Of a stretch of DNA of 64,000 bases, positions 36,976 to 49,642 are shown one piece after another. Positions within the stretch are counted from its first letter, which is position 1, and each line of letters begins with the position of its first letter. The notes under the pieces were generated by a model. That model saw nothing but the letters and a program-made list of their open reading frames with translations, was not told the origin of the DNA and did no database searches. Source of the stretch: Phoronis australis (lineage: Eukaryota; Animalia; Phoronida); NCBI GenBank assembly GCA_002633005.1, contig NMRA01000288.1:426685-490684 (forward strand), read 5' to 3'. A program made the translations under genes and the position numbers.

Positions 36976-39155
36976 AGTGTAAGACAACCTTTTTGGTGTC
37001 ATTTTTAGTAAAAACACGGTTCTCTGATTATCCCAGACAGTTAGTTACGGCTCACCGTAATTTTGTTGATTAATCGTGCACTGCTCCGGAAAGGACGTTT
37101 AGGGGGTTGAGAATTTCCCGCAATTTTGTTTCTGCGTTCGAGTTTACTGTGAGGATCTGTTCCACTGTTGTTTTCATCCTGGTTTACCAAAACTACCGTC
37201 ATCACTTCCTATTGATGAGTATTTTACGACTAGCTAGGTTGTTAGAAAACTCAGTTACATTGGATTTAGGAATCGTTTAGTATGTAACAGCCTGGAAATG
37301 GCTGGAGTCGGCAACCCATATCACAGACACAGTGACGGAGACATTGTTCATAGCAGTGGTGCTGAGGAATTTTTTGCGAACGGTCAGCGGGTGGATATAT
37401 GTTTGACCGCTGGTATAGTGAGGCAAAATACGCACAGAAAAAAATGAGAAGGGTGAGGCAGAGACTGAGGACAGACGTGGTGAGACGTCTTGGTGCAAAT
37501 ACACGGTATGATCTGTTATGCCAAACTCAATGGAATGCCTGTGATGTTCCCACTGGATGGTGACCACACATCTGGCACCTTCTAAATACCTACCATACTT
37601 TAGTCAAGTCCACAATAAACTCAAAGTTTTGCTCACCGCCGTGCTCATTGTACGATGAACTGCCGTCCTCACTGGGTGTCGAACTGCGCCTGTATTCCCT
37701 CCCACAACTCAACATCGCTGCAGGGCTCTTACTAGACGGATATAATGGACACCAACTTACTCTAAATAAATCCACTAAAGAGGGGTCTAGATGAATAATT
37801 TTGGTATTGCGTCATTTCTCAGATATCTGGTAATCCGCACATACCATTGTCATGGCCCATCATTGCTTCGTTTGAAAACTACGCTCTTCCAAAGTTGGTT
37901 CATTTTAGCTGGGCTGATTATCGAATCGGCAACCATTTCAGGGAATTTACTATACCTACCGTCTTCTATTCGTGATCTACTAAAACACGCGTTGTTCCTT
38001 TTTCATCAGTCATAAGGTCGGTGTCGTAAATTATTAAGGTCATTGTTATTATTCATCATTATGTCTGCTCTCGTCATCACCATCATCGTCACTCTCACCA
38101 TCGTATCTGTCATCGTCATGTGTCGTCATCGTCAGTGTCCAAGAAACCAGTAGCCTACCGACGTCTATGACGACGGCACCAAGTTACGACGACCCGTAGA
38201 TATCGACTAAGGAAAAAGGAACAGCGCGTGTTGTAGAAGATCACCGATAGATGGCGGTTGGTATAGTAACTTCCCTGAAATAGCTGCCGATTTCATAATC
38301 CGCGTGGCTAAAGTAGACCAACGTCGGAATAGCATAGTTTTAAACCGGAGTAATTGAGGGCCGTGATATTGATATGTGCGGATAGCTAGATGTCTGAGAA
38401 ATGGAACAATTCCAAAATCATTCATGTAGACTCACATTTGACGGATTTATTTAGAGTAAGTAATGTTCACTATGTCCGACTAGCGCCGGACAAAATACCA
38501 GCACAACTCGGGCGAATCACTGCTAGTTCCCGGAATTACACGCTTCGAAGGCACAGGTGACTGTAGATAAAGGGCCTCCAGACACTCGCTTCAAACATGC
38601 ACTTCTCAGGGGTTGCGACGAGGCGCTGCCGGGATTCAACAACGACATTATGGCACCCTTTTTCAGGCGTTGCTTTGCAGGAACCATCATCAATTCCGTG
38701 TACCTATATGTATCTCTTTCGTTATCCGACCTCAGAAAATGCTTACCACACACTCGGTAATTCTCCACTGTGTTTCGTGGACGGTAACGCTGAGTTCGTC
38801 GAAGTGTGTCATCTTTAGGAAAGCGATGTAATCATCGATATTCCCAAAGTGCACGTGAGACAATAATGAGTACACCCCAGTACGCAGCAACCAGGCGGCG
38901 TGTAGAGTGATTCGTAAACAAACGCAAACGACGACCGCGGAACTTATCACAACCGGGGTAAAACATTGACTATCTCGACAGCTCACACAGTCAGACTATA
39001 TGAAAACGAAATGGCGGGAAATTCTTAACCCACTTCCGGAGTAAGGTATGACTAATTAATAACATTACGGGAAGAGGTTTTAGCCGAAAATATGTCTGGG
39101 ATAACCAACGAACCGTATTTTTACTAAAATTACTTGAAACATGTGTCCTTCGCCT
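36976..39155 (-). mobile_element. Older Kolobok copy (same family as 13831-15517)
   Basis: TTAA at 36972-36975 and 39156-39159; degenerate long TIRs; THAP remnant (ENYRVCGKHF...KQRLKKGAI) and KolX-like remnant colinear with the first copy. Confidence 0.82.
37732..38483. mobile_element. Foldback element with about 280-bp inverted arms, nested in Kolobok copy 2
   Basis: Arms 37732-38016 and 38205-38483 are reverse complements (CTAG ends; mirror ORFs MNNFGIAS.. / MNDFGIVP..); absent from Kolobok copy 1. Confidence 0.8.
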
Positions 39156-39836
39156 TTAATGTAGTGATTGACCATCGCAAAAACGGGATCAATCTATGAT
39201 TCATTAATGAGCAGCTGCAGGTTAACGGTTTCTAACTAAAGACTTATTTCCTTCACCTAAGACAACACTTATACTTGCTCCTCATCAAAATTGACGTCGG
39301 TTCCAGTTGGAAGTCGAATAAGGGCATCTATATTACCATTGTCATCTGTTCTTCGATATTGCATGGTGTAATCATATTGGTCTAGAAATCATGATCATCT
39401 ACCAGGTACTCCTTTAGTGGACCAAATTAAGGGTTTGTGATCTGTAAGTACTACAAAATATCTCCCATAGATAAATTGATGAAATTGTTAAGCGCAAATG
39501 TGATTGTCAATGCTTCTCGTTGAACCTGACCGACGTTGTACCGAAGTGCAGTTTTAGTAAGCGTTTTAAAAGCATTTGAAATTGGACGTTCATTACCATC
39601 CACGTATCGATGAATGCATCATATGAAATTCCCAACTCCAAATCCGGATTGAAATGAACTGAAATTTCATTTGTGCAAAGATCATCATTAAGTTCTTCAA
39701 TTTCCCATTCCCATTTTATTTAAGTAAAATGTCCAATTTGATTTTCATATTAAGCCGCGGCAAAATGCAGCCTTAACGCAAAATACGGAGTTTTCAAACT
39801 AAGTAATCTATTATTTGAAATCAACAATAATCTTAA

Positions 39837-41487
39837 AGGAGAATGCCACCCAAAAACAACCTATTTTGTATCAATTTAGATCGAGTAGTTCTACCTGATA
39901 ACGGCACGTTCGGTTGCGTTACCTGACACCTGACGGCAGACGGAGGTGTTGAAATTATCCAATGATGCAATTGGTTTCACACGCAGTCTGTTCAGCAGTT
40001 CACAACACGGGTTACTGGTCTCAGCTTATCGCTTGAATTCACCGTTTAACAGCAATAAATCATAAAACTTCGATGCAAAACCCTTAAAAATACACCGAGT
40101 TCTTATAAAAACGTGTTGTTTTATTTCGCTGTTACGGATTTATTGGTATTTGGACAAACCGTAGCTTACAAGGTTCGGCAGGTCAATTCAGCACCAAGGT
40201 CCGTAGCAGGAGTTTGGGGTCTGTTCCGAGATAAATTCGAAGTATTCTTTCGTGAAATACAGACTGGAGAAGCTATAGATCTGTGTTGTTTAGTCTTGTG
40301 ATTTTTGGACTTCTAAACACACAAAACGCTTGTTATCCCGGCCAGCAGCTCGGAACCCGCTCAGGCCCCGTCGCTGCAGCCGGGACTGCCAGGAACATAA
40401 ACCAGCTTGAGTTGGAAACTAAATGTCCAGTCACGAAAAGACTATAATAATGAGCCAAAGAAATAATGTGCACGTAAGTATTTATGTGAATTGGCCATGA
40501 AACTGAAAATCTACTTACTTGTCGGGGGCCGCTAAGTCGGGTTCCCCTTCCACAGACCGTCAGGGCAAAGGTTGTACAGTAACATTGATTTGAATAATTC
40601 ATTTGTATTTCTAAATAAAGATTCCCCTAACATGTGACCATAGCATATAAAATCGAGTAATTGTTTCACAACAGCTTTCTGTCAGCAAACACTAGCTGAA
40701 TTAGCATGCGCTCACACGCCCTCGGTGCCCGGTCAATTACCTTTATTGCCGGCATCAAAAGCCGGTAACGCAGTGGATTATTCATTGCTGGCTTCTCAAC
40801 ATTTGCACTCACGAATACTGCAAAGGCATTACAAATTGTATCTAATGAGGCAGACTTTCAGTTTTATATATAAGCATTGGTTCGGATGAGAATAATTCAT
40901 TTTGAAACAGAACGAAGAATAATAAACGTCTACATGGGAACTCGCCCGGCGCCAATCCCGACTTAGTCAAGAGCTCATCCGACAAGGACTTCACGGGTCG
41001 GATCGTTAGGTTTCACAGACTATCAGTTTGAACCGGAATACACTGATCAAGAAGATTGGCGCCGTGAACATGCACAGCCAACGGAACGTATCGATAGTTC
41101 TTTGGTAAGCCGGAATCAGTCAGAGAAATCACTGTCGACGAAATACCGGTCACAGACACGGAGATGTTTCACGGCCTTATACTTGCTATTAACAGCGTAC
41201 CTTTCATTCTTCACTACTGCGAGCCACCTCCTAAGCATAGGAAGTCGAAAAAACGATATACCCGCTTTCTTTGCAGCTTCATAGTTCGGATAAGCGGGAA
41301 CGATGCACCGCAATATAGCGGCATTCACTCTGCAGACGATCCACTGACGTCGCTGCGTCGTTTCTCAACTTCCCCACAGGTTAACGCGACACCTCTCGGC
41401 AAGGTGAGGTCGACCGTAGAATAGGCGACGTGGATATAGACCGATTAAGACGGTAAAAATACTAATTAAATCGGGTGGCATTCTCCT
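39837..41487 (-). mobile_element. Third Kolobok-type element (different family), non-autonomous, with THAP remnant
   Basis: TTAA at 39833-39836 and 41488-41491; perfect 15-bp TIR AGGAGAATGCCACCC; THAP-like CIVP...SFFRLP...W...LRVCDRYF at 41116-41328. Confidence 0.82.
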
Positions 41488-41791
41488 TTAAGAGATTTTA
41501 TAAACCAGTAAATGTTGTAACACAACTACTTTGCGGCTTAGTGGCAAACCGTGCCAAGCCCCTCAACTAATCATGCCACTTGAAGTCCTTTTATATAGTA
41601 GTTAACTACTCTGATTTACACGGTCGGCAAAAAGCATTTTCTTCCTGTTTTTGTAGACGACGGTTTCTTCATGTGCTTCTTGCGTAATTCAAAGTTAAAT
41701 GGAAATGTATGATGGCATCATGTTTAAAATGCCGCAAAAGGCATAATACTATATCGCGCTTAAGACTTGGTGACATCAAAACTGCAGAATT

Positions 41792-41879
41792 CATGCGCCC
41801 ACCCAGCTTAAAATATAGGGGGCTCGAATTTTTCGATATGGCGTTCGAGCCCCCCGAGCCCTCCTTAGGTGCGCCCATG
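41792..41879. mobile_element. Tiny MITE with 5-bp TSD (relatives at about 55756-55913, 56193-56439 and 61018)
   Basis: catgcgcccacc...ggtgcgcccatg flanked by GAATT on both sides. Confidence 0.6.
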
Positions 41880-41977
41880 GAATTGCGACAATCAATGGTC
41901 ATGGAGCACCAAAATAAATCATACCATTTCGTGTTTAAGAAGCGGTGAAATCCGTACAGCAAATTTGCGACACTCAC

Positions 41978-42250
41978 TTGTCATGGCTTGAATCACTTGG
42001 GTGTTCACCGCAGAAAAGCCAGATGCTGTGGTCCTGAGGTGTAACTGGTAGAAGTTTCCGGGTTGCAGGCCTGAACAAATCGCAGTGGACCTAGACCTGC
42101 CAAGGCTTGAATAAACCTGATTATTGGGATTGTTCTTGTTCGTGCAGTAGAGTGCTAGTTTCTGGTATTTTCCTTGAGGGCGAACCACCGACACTTTAAT
42201 CCGATCTTCAAACGTGTACACCACGGTGACATTCTTCGCCGTATCCAGCA
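41978..42250 (-). CDS. FN3 exon 3 (Cys-pair type)
   Basis: ttcAG|...|GTgagt, 273 bp, phase 1-1; ...PQGKYQKLALYC...AICSGLQPGNFYQLHL. Confidence 0.86.
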
Positions 42251-44114
42251 CTGAAAAGACGGCGGAAAACAAACCTCCAGTTTCTCTTTACACTGTAAAT
42301 CACTACATTTGGCAACTCGGCACCTGGGATCTCAATAATCTCAAATCATCGCGCCATTTGTTGGAGGAAGGGAAAGAAAAGTCTCCACAAAGATTGGGCA
42401 ATTTATTTGCACTATGTTGTGCCCACTGTTCCCACGCCAGTCTCTATAACGTGCTTGCAACTTCGACAAAATCAGAGCGTGTGGATTTCAGCTGATTTTT
42501 TTCAGGCTTTTCATGAACTGAGCCCAATTTGTTTATTTTCGCATCAAGTGCTACTGAGCACAAATTTGGCTTCTGCCGATTCTAGCTTCCTCAGACTCAT
42601 CGCAGTTAACAACACACTTTCATGTATAGGCACACAACGCAGTAGCGCAAACTGTACACTACAATAACGCCCGGACACGGGACAACAACGCATCATCAAA
42701 CTGTATGTTCAGTGTCTTGTGTGTGTACTCCGTATTCAGTAGAGGCCTCTGTTTGTGGTTTTCCACTCTCTCCCTATTCGTGTGCATTTTGGATAACTTC
42801 CCTCTGACAATCAGGGACGTGTCCCATCGAAGATCAAAGGAAAAATGTCTACTATAATGCGTCCATGTCTACTGCAATACATAAAGCAGTAACACTGCGT
42901 AATGTGCTTACTCTAGAGCGTGTGCTTTAGTTCGTCACAGTGGCCTATGTGTTCAGACTGAGGCAGACTCTCACGTTTTAGAGCACTTCTGCTAGATACC
43001 TTTAAATGCAAAACAATCGAGGTTTCACTGAGTTAACATTCAATTGATAACAAATTCCTATAATCGGTATGCTTTCATGCAATCCAGACTTTATTTCGAA
43101 GTTTTGATTTATTACAGACACTCACAACGTTGTGTTGCTTGCTATTAAATTTTCAATTTTTTGTAGGGGACCTAGTCAAAATGGCGGCAATTAGGGGTTG
43201 CAGCATTTCAAGGCGAATTATTGTGAAAATTGAGTTTCTAATATAAAATTTTCAATGAATCTGAATATAATTGTTTTGTGTGAAAAGATCAAGCTGATAT
43301 GTGTTGTAACGTTTCCACGTATTTTGGACCAAATTAAACGGCCTATTGTCACCTATTCCAATACGGTACCCACACTAGACAGCGGCCCGTATCGGAATCG
43401 CTCAGCGTTCACTTTCGTCTTCAAGAAGACATGAATGCAAAGTTCCTGACACCAAAATTTTTGTATCATGCAAATTACACTTTATAATAAACATTATGAA
43501 ATTGCCTGATAACAATTCGGACGAAGCGTTTTGTTTTTCTGGCTGTTTCGGCGACCCCAGTCACACTCCCGGGGATTTCCATACGGCGGGCCCGTATTAG
43601 ATTGTGTGCTAAATAATTGAATAAAAAATTCTAAATGTAATAATTTTGATCAGTTTTAATATTAATTGACATGAAATTAACCATTAAGGTGTTTACTTGA
43701 TTTTCCACATATTTTGCACTAAATTAAACGGCCAGTCATCGCTGATTCCAATGCTATGGAGACACGGTGAAAAAATTCGTTGTAACGATGATGTCATAGA
43801 CTTCGTTTAGTGCAAGCGCCATCTCAAGTTTTTTGGCGCTAAATGGGGTTCGTGATGGGGCTACTGTATTGTCAAAGGCCTACTTAATTAACGACTGGGT
43901 ATGCTATGACACAGTATTTTGATGTTTTTCATCAATAAATGTATTTTAGATGTATAACTAGTCCTTTTGGCATCATATTAGGCCCTTAACCTAAACTCGC
44001 ATCTGTTCAATTTAAACGTCCAGGACTGACTGTTTACGCACACGGAAAGAACGGGTATAAATCAGACAACACAAACCACAGCGGGCGTTTGTTGCCCAGT
44101 TTGGCAAGACTCAC

Positions 44115-44384
44115 GTGTGCGCCCCTCATACTTGTTAGAATTGTCGCTCAAACTCTTCAGGGTCTCAAACTCTCTAACGGCGTAAAGCGTGTAAGAGTAC
44201 TGTTTGCCAGGTTCGAGGTTCGAGGCCTTGAAAAGTCGGGGCTCTTGTCTTCCGACCTCCTTGTCTACGTTGTTTGCCCCCGTGATTCGGTAGTGCGTCC
44301 AGCGCCCGTTTTGGGGCTCGTCCCAGGTGAAAGATACAGACGTCAGTGTTGATTCACCAGGGCGAATATTCGGCTTGTCAGGTA
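44115..44384 (-). CDS. FN3 exon 2 (not in the supplied ORF track)
   Basis: ttcAG|...|GTgagt, 270 bp, phase 1-1; VPDKPNIRPGESTLTSVSFTWDEPQNGRWTHYRIT...ASNLEPGKQYSYTLYAV...GRT. Confidence 0.88.
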
Positions 44385-45223
44385 CTGAAATTTGTTAGCG
44401 GCAACTGTACGCTGAACATTGTGTAGGACCAGATGACCAAGGCTAGGCATAAATTTTAATCTAGTAAAAGTAAATGTTTTCTGAAAACATAAAGCCAGTA
44501 GAATATGACTTCGACTTTTTACCATTTTTATTAATTGACTCGCATGACCATGTCTTTTTAAGAAAATTTCTCGAAAAGAAAGGTGAACTAACAGTAAAAC
44601 AACATGATCAAATTTTATTTGAGGTAGGGCCTTAATCTTCAAAGAGAGATATCAAAAACGTTGTTAGTCCATAATGAGAATCCTATACGAGTCTCAGGTT
44701 TATGACATGGGCAAAACTTCTTGGAAATTTCGTCAAAATCCCGCGGCATCCCGAGGGATTTTGATGCAATTTCGAAACAATCGAGCATCAGTAAAATATG
44801 AGCCTGAGTAGTGCACTGAAGTCAGGCAATCGATGCCTGTGATACACGCATCAAACTATGGGGCTTGAAACGCAATGAATCTAAACAAATTTCTGAAACT
44901 TTCCAGTATATTTTCAGTAGATTTTGTGAATATTTTATTTATGATAAGTGTTACTGTTGATCTCTGCCTGCAGCTGTTGAGGTTTTAATATTGTTCAACT
45001 CATAGGCACGAGTATACACTTTTGAAAAATATTCTTCTTTTTCAGTGGCAGATCTACGTTTTCAGTCAGGCGGAGTGAGGATTCGAGAGAATCCGAGGTG
45101 CGAAGCGTCGAGAGGGGGGGAGGTCGGGAGGGGGTTCCTCCCTCCTGAGTAAGAATTTTTGTTGGTTTTTGTAGCTGATTTCCTCGATTTTTGATCCTGT
45201 CCCAGGGGAGTTTACACCCCTGT

Positions 45224-45646
45224 GCCCGGTTGCATGAAACAGTCCCAAATAGGGACTCAACTAAGTTCCCTAAATCTACCGCGTATTTTTGGACTTGTGA
45301 AAACATCGATTGCCCTTTCTTGTGTTGTTTTAGTTTCATTACTAAGTCAACTTTTGACTTTGATACAAATCGAGAGTAAACTCTACGTTGAATAGTCAAT
45401 ATTATCGAAAACAATAAGGGATCTTTTCATGCAACACCCCCAATTTAAGGACTGAGTCCCTATTTATTTTCAATGAACCCTGGGCTCAGTTTTTATTAGG
45501 AAATGTCATTAATCAAATAGGAGCTCAAAATCAAAATGAAATGATAGAAAAATGTTGCATCTGTCACTCCATAAAAACACAAATATGCAAAAAGACTTAG
45601 GGACCATAATTGAGTCCCTATTTGGGACTCTTTCATGCAGCCGGCC
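45224..45646. mobile_element. MITE with CCGGTTGCATGAAA-type TIRs
   Basis: cccggttgcatgaaacagtcccaaatagggactc / gagtccctatttgggactctttcatgcagccgg; relatives at 28962-29358 and about 1970. Confidence 0.7.
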
Positions 45647-46047
45647 ACTGAACCCCTCCCGTAGATCCGCCTCTGTTTTTGCATCGGTAAACGGCATCAG
45701 CGTTAGTGTCCATTGCTATCACAAACTGCACATGTGAAATAAAATGTTACTTACTTATATGCTCGTTTGCTTACTTACTTTCGTTGTCACTTACTTGTGG
45801 ATAGTGAAACGCTGAATATAACGATTACTATGCGGTACAGCAGAGAAACATTCGCTCAGATAAACAACAGAATGTGTTAAACCTTTCCACATCATGGGCT
45901 ACCCTCGCCGTCTCAAACGGCCGAAACAGGTGATTGGTTTGTAAGTACCACGTTGTCATCGAGAATCAATTGCATATCATAAGCATGTTGAGCAATTTCA
46001 GCTTGTACAGTGAACTTTTACACCGATTTGATCACAAAGTTCCCCAC

Positions 46048-46320
46048 CTGTTAGAAATGTTTTATTGACCGTCTCAGAGAAAGACTGTTTGTACGTTGTG
46101 TAGACGCCAATGCTGTATGCTGTACCAGGTACGAGGTTGGTGCACTTTCCACTCACGGCAAGTTTAGCATATATCCTCACGGCAGGCGGATTTTGTTGGG
46201 TGCCCTCAATTAATGAACATTTCAGCCGGTATCCGTCGCAGCCATCCACCCTGTCCCAGTGAACCGAGAGACTATGGGGTTCAGGATCGATGGTTGTTAT
46301 TCTTGGCTTCTTTTGGAACC
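46048..46320 (-). CDS. FN3 exon 1 (Cys-pair type)
   Basis: tttAG|...|GTgggg, 273 bp, phase 1-1; SLSVHWDRVDGCDGYRLKC...GKCTNLVPGTAYSIGV. Confidence 0.87.
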
Positions 46321-46814
46321 CTAAACGCCAAAAGACATTGTTCAATTTATATTGAATGCGTTTTTCCGCAACCCAAAAGTCGACAAACGCCTTCAAATTA
46401 GGAGAAGACGCTACTGAGGTTAGTAAATAGCAAAAAATTACGGACACTATGAACTCCACCCTAGGCAGAGTCGTGGTAAACTTACTTAAATTGTCGCCTT
46501 CTCTTACTTCAGAAGGTGGATTCGATTTCATACTCGTCATAATGATGTTAAAAGGTACATGCCGTCACCGACTGAATGAAATGAATAAACACGATAAAAA
46601 GACGAACATAACGGAAGGCTCCAAGCGATGCGTCAGGTGTAAGGTAACGTGCTACAAACTGAAATAGGATAAGTAGGGCTTCAGTTATGCTAGATGTGGT
46701 GAGCCTACTAATTGTAAAGCAATTTATTATAGTATTTTATTTGTATAATGTTACATATTGTACTTTACGTTATGAACATAGACCGTGCGTCAGCGAAGAT
46801 CCGTTTGCAAAAAA

Positions 46815-48092
46815 GATAACAAGAGCAACGCACCGCAAACGGTGTGCTTCTAGGCACGTTTATTGCATCATAAAATTGGCCACTAGATGGTGCAAAATAC
46901 TTCGAATCCATCCGAAAACGGGTACATGCCACCGCTTTTTAATGGAAAGCTACTGAATCTCATAAAAATCCGAAGGAAAACGGAAAAAATGAAATTGCCA
47001 CTAGGGAGCACAGCGTTCATCAAATACGTTTGAAAGTCGTCGTCGTCAGTTGTCAGCTTCATATGAATACATTTGCTAAATTTAATTAAACATCCTGCAG
47101 AGTGTCTAGGAGATACAGCTATGATCGCAAGAAAACTGCCACTAGGAGGCGCCGCAGTAGTCGAAGTCGTAGGAAAATCGTCAGCCCTCCTCTTCACATG
47201 CCAATTTCGACAATCATCCTTAGAGTAATTTGGTTGACAGAGGGGCAGATGCCGAAAAACAGACTCGAAAACAGTAAAAAAATGGCCAATAGGTGGCGCA
47301 AAACACTTTGAACTCAACCGAAACCCAAAGGATAGCGTCAGCCCACTAACAGATCCCTATCTGCTAAATTTTATGAAAATCCGCAGAGAACCTTTGAAGA
47401 TACAGAGGTAAACGTAAAAACAAAGACTTGCCACTAGGGGGCACACCGATAGTCTGATCCGTATTGAATTGTCGTACTCTGCTTTCAACTTCACATAAAT
47501 AAACCAGTAAAATTCAATAAAGATCCTTTAGAGCGTTCAGGAGATACAGCCATGGGTGCAAAAACAAACAAAACTGCCACTAGGAGGCGCCACAGAAGTC
47601 GACCTCGTCGGAAAATCATCGTCAGCCACCCTCTTTATAGTACAAACATATATGCCAATTTTCAAAATCATCCCTGGAGCAGTTTGATTGATAGAAGGGC
47701 GGACGCCAAAAAAGACTAGAAAACAGTAAAAATGGCCACTAGGTAGCGCAAAACACCTTGAATCTATCCAAAAACGAGAAGATAGCGTCATCTCACTAAC
47801 AGATGCATAACTGCCAAATTTTATGAAAATACGTTGAGGACTTCCGAAGATACAGAGGTAAGCGTAAAAAACTAAAATTGCCACTAGGGGGCACACCTGT
47901 AGTCGGAGAGGTCCGAAATTTGTCGTCATCCGTCGTCAGCTTCATAGGAACACGTCTGCCATCTTGTTTTTAAACAAGATCCTGTAAGGGGTTTAGGAGA
48001 TACAGCTGTGGACGCCGGGCACAGAACGCATGGACGCCCACACAGATATGACGGCAATATGCGACCACATATAAATATTTGGGCGCATAAAA
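46815..48092. mobile_element. Interspersed element with an internal ~145-bp tandem array (resembles non-autonomous Helentron/HINE elements)
   Basis: Starts aacaagag, has 8 monomers each with GCCACTAGRNGGCRC, a higher-order period of about 440-450 bp, and ends in a short hairpin plus ataaaaa. Confidence 0.55.
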
Positions 48093-48448
48093 AGGATACT
48101 TGGGTTAGCGAAAGGTTAATTAAATATGATGTAACAATAAAAATAATACAAATACCGCCTCTGCAACGGTCGGCACAAAAAACTGCCACAAAAGACTCTG
48201 AGAAACTCATGCCTAACCAAGAGGACGTATGTAAAATGAGTGGGAGCAATTTGGTGCTTGAGTACTGTCGAAAGCTGCCAGCCAGATACCCCAACCGAAC
48301 TCATTGCTTGCCACGGCTAGGTCACATGAAACTTAGTCGCTGACAGTTTGATCATTGCATAACGTCAAATGCATTGTTAAACAATAGGACGATGGCGCGT
48401 GATGATATAACGTCATTGTTGCAGTCCAGGCAACCGAAACCAGGCGTG

Positions 48449-48588
48449 CGTTCAGTAACGCTAGGACCTACGCTAGGACCTAGCTAAAATCTAGCCAAAG
48501 TCACGTGTTCTCAATTAAAATAAATGGCCATATCTCACGTAATCTCACGAAGTCTTGCTTTTTAGCGAGGTCCTAGCGTTACTGAACG
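48449..48588. mobile_element. 140-bp MITE with perfect 20-bp TIRs
   Basis: cgttcagtaacgctaggacc / ggtcctagcgttactgaacg. Confidence 0.75.
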
Positions 48589-48837
48589 GGAGGCGGGTGT
48601 ATGCTTAGGCCTACCATGTTTCAAGGCAGTAAGTAACTAAAATGACTCAAAGTAAGGAAACGTGACAGTAAAACATAATAAGCGAAACATTCACGAACCA
48701 AATCAGCCAAAATCATATCAGCTCCACAAAAAAGGCGATCACCCAACAAACACATACTGACACTAACGTTTGCTGAGACCAGCGTCGTGTCCTAACGAAA
48801 CATTTCAATTCAGAATTTTGGCCTCCCAATCACTTAC

Positions 48838-49004
48838 ATTCATACGTAAGGGTTATGCCATAGTTTAACATCTTCTTCGTAGACAGCTCAGTAACTTTGC
48901 ACACGTAGACGTCTTCTAGAACCTCCTTACAATTAATGTTTTGGTCACCAAATTTACTGCAACTGATCAACAACGTGTCGTCCCTTTTCAGATACTCTTT
49001 GCCA
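48838..49004 (-). CDS. Ig-like domain, second half exon
   Basis: ttttAG|...|GTaagt, phase 2-1; GKEYLKRDDTLLISC...LEDVYVCKVTE (E-strand LxI and F-strand YxC). Confidence 0.78.
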
Positions 49005-49436
49005 CTAAAAATGACAAAGAACACGCCATAAACCTAAGTCCTTGAGGAGCCATTTCCTAGTGCTGTTGTGGTAAAATCAGAGGTAAGTAGCACTGAACGT
49101 AACTTACGGTGAGTAGGCGCTACGTTCAAATGCCAAAAGGTGGTTGGCAGCGCCTACGTGCGCCTACGCCCCACTACAGTACTCTCATTCTTTATCTGGT
49201 CCGTAAAAGGGACACCCTCTTTGACCGGAGAAAAGTGCCTTAGTTTGTAAAGCTATTTAGTTGATAGGTAGCGTTGTCGTAGTAGTGCCACGCTTGAAAT
49301 TTGTCTCTCCCTAATTTTGTGTTCTATGCACTCGTAATCTGGTTTCTGCCAGAAAACCTTTGTTTTGTGGTGGGGCTGTTTGGTGAGTTACGGTGGCTGC
49401 GAAAGGACGGCATGGCAACTATTTTTGTGCGTTGCT

Positions 49437-49642
49437 AACTCTATCGATAGACTTATCTAACTCTGTCGATAGACTTAGTAACTCTACCGATAGAATTACT
49501 ATCTCTATCGATAGACTTATTAACTCTATCGATAGGCTTACTAACTCTATCGATAGAGATAGTAAATCTATCGATGGACTTACTATCTCTATCGATAGAG
49601 TTAGTAAGTCTATCGATAGAGTTAGTAAGTCTATCGGTAGAG
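49437..49642. repeat. 21-bp tandem repeat with palindromic CTATCGATAG core
   Basis: About 10 units of actctatcgatagacttanta; later units are in the reverse orientation. Confidence 0.85.

Larger units (their letters stand above)
35780..39750 (-). mobile_element. Gypsy pol remnant (RNase H and integrase), split by a Kolobok insertion
   Basis: RNase H motifs (ERPI...Q.EAL...LTDHKPL, 39.2-39.7 kb); integrase (LHVGHF...MKQLVR; PWMLPEKHWSRLH...FGYPHTVVTDNATSFTSEE). The frame DPVFAMVNHYIK|E*WP continues across the insertion. Confidence 0.82.

Noticed and set aside
37791-38425. Pair of similar convergent ORFs suggesting duplicated genes
   Set aside because: They are mirror translations of the two arms of a foldback element.
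46883-48343. Several 110-144 aa ORFs
   Set aside because: They overlap the tandem-array repeat and show no domain signatures.
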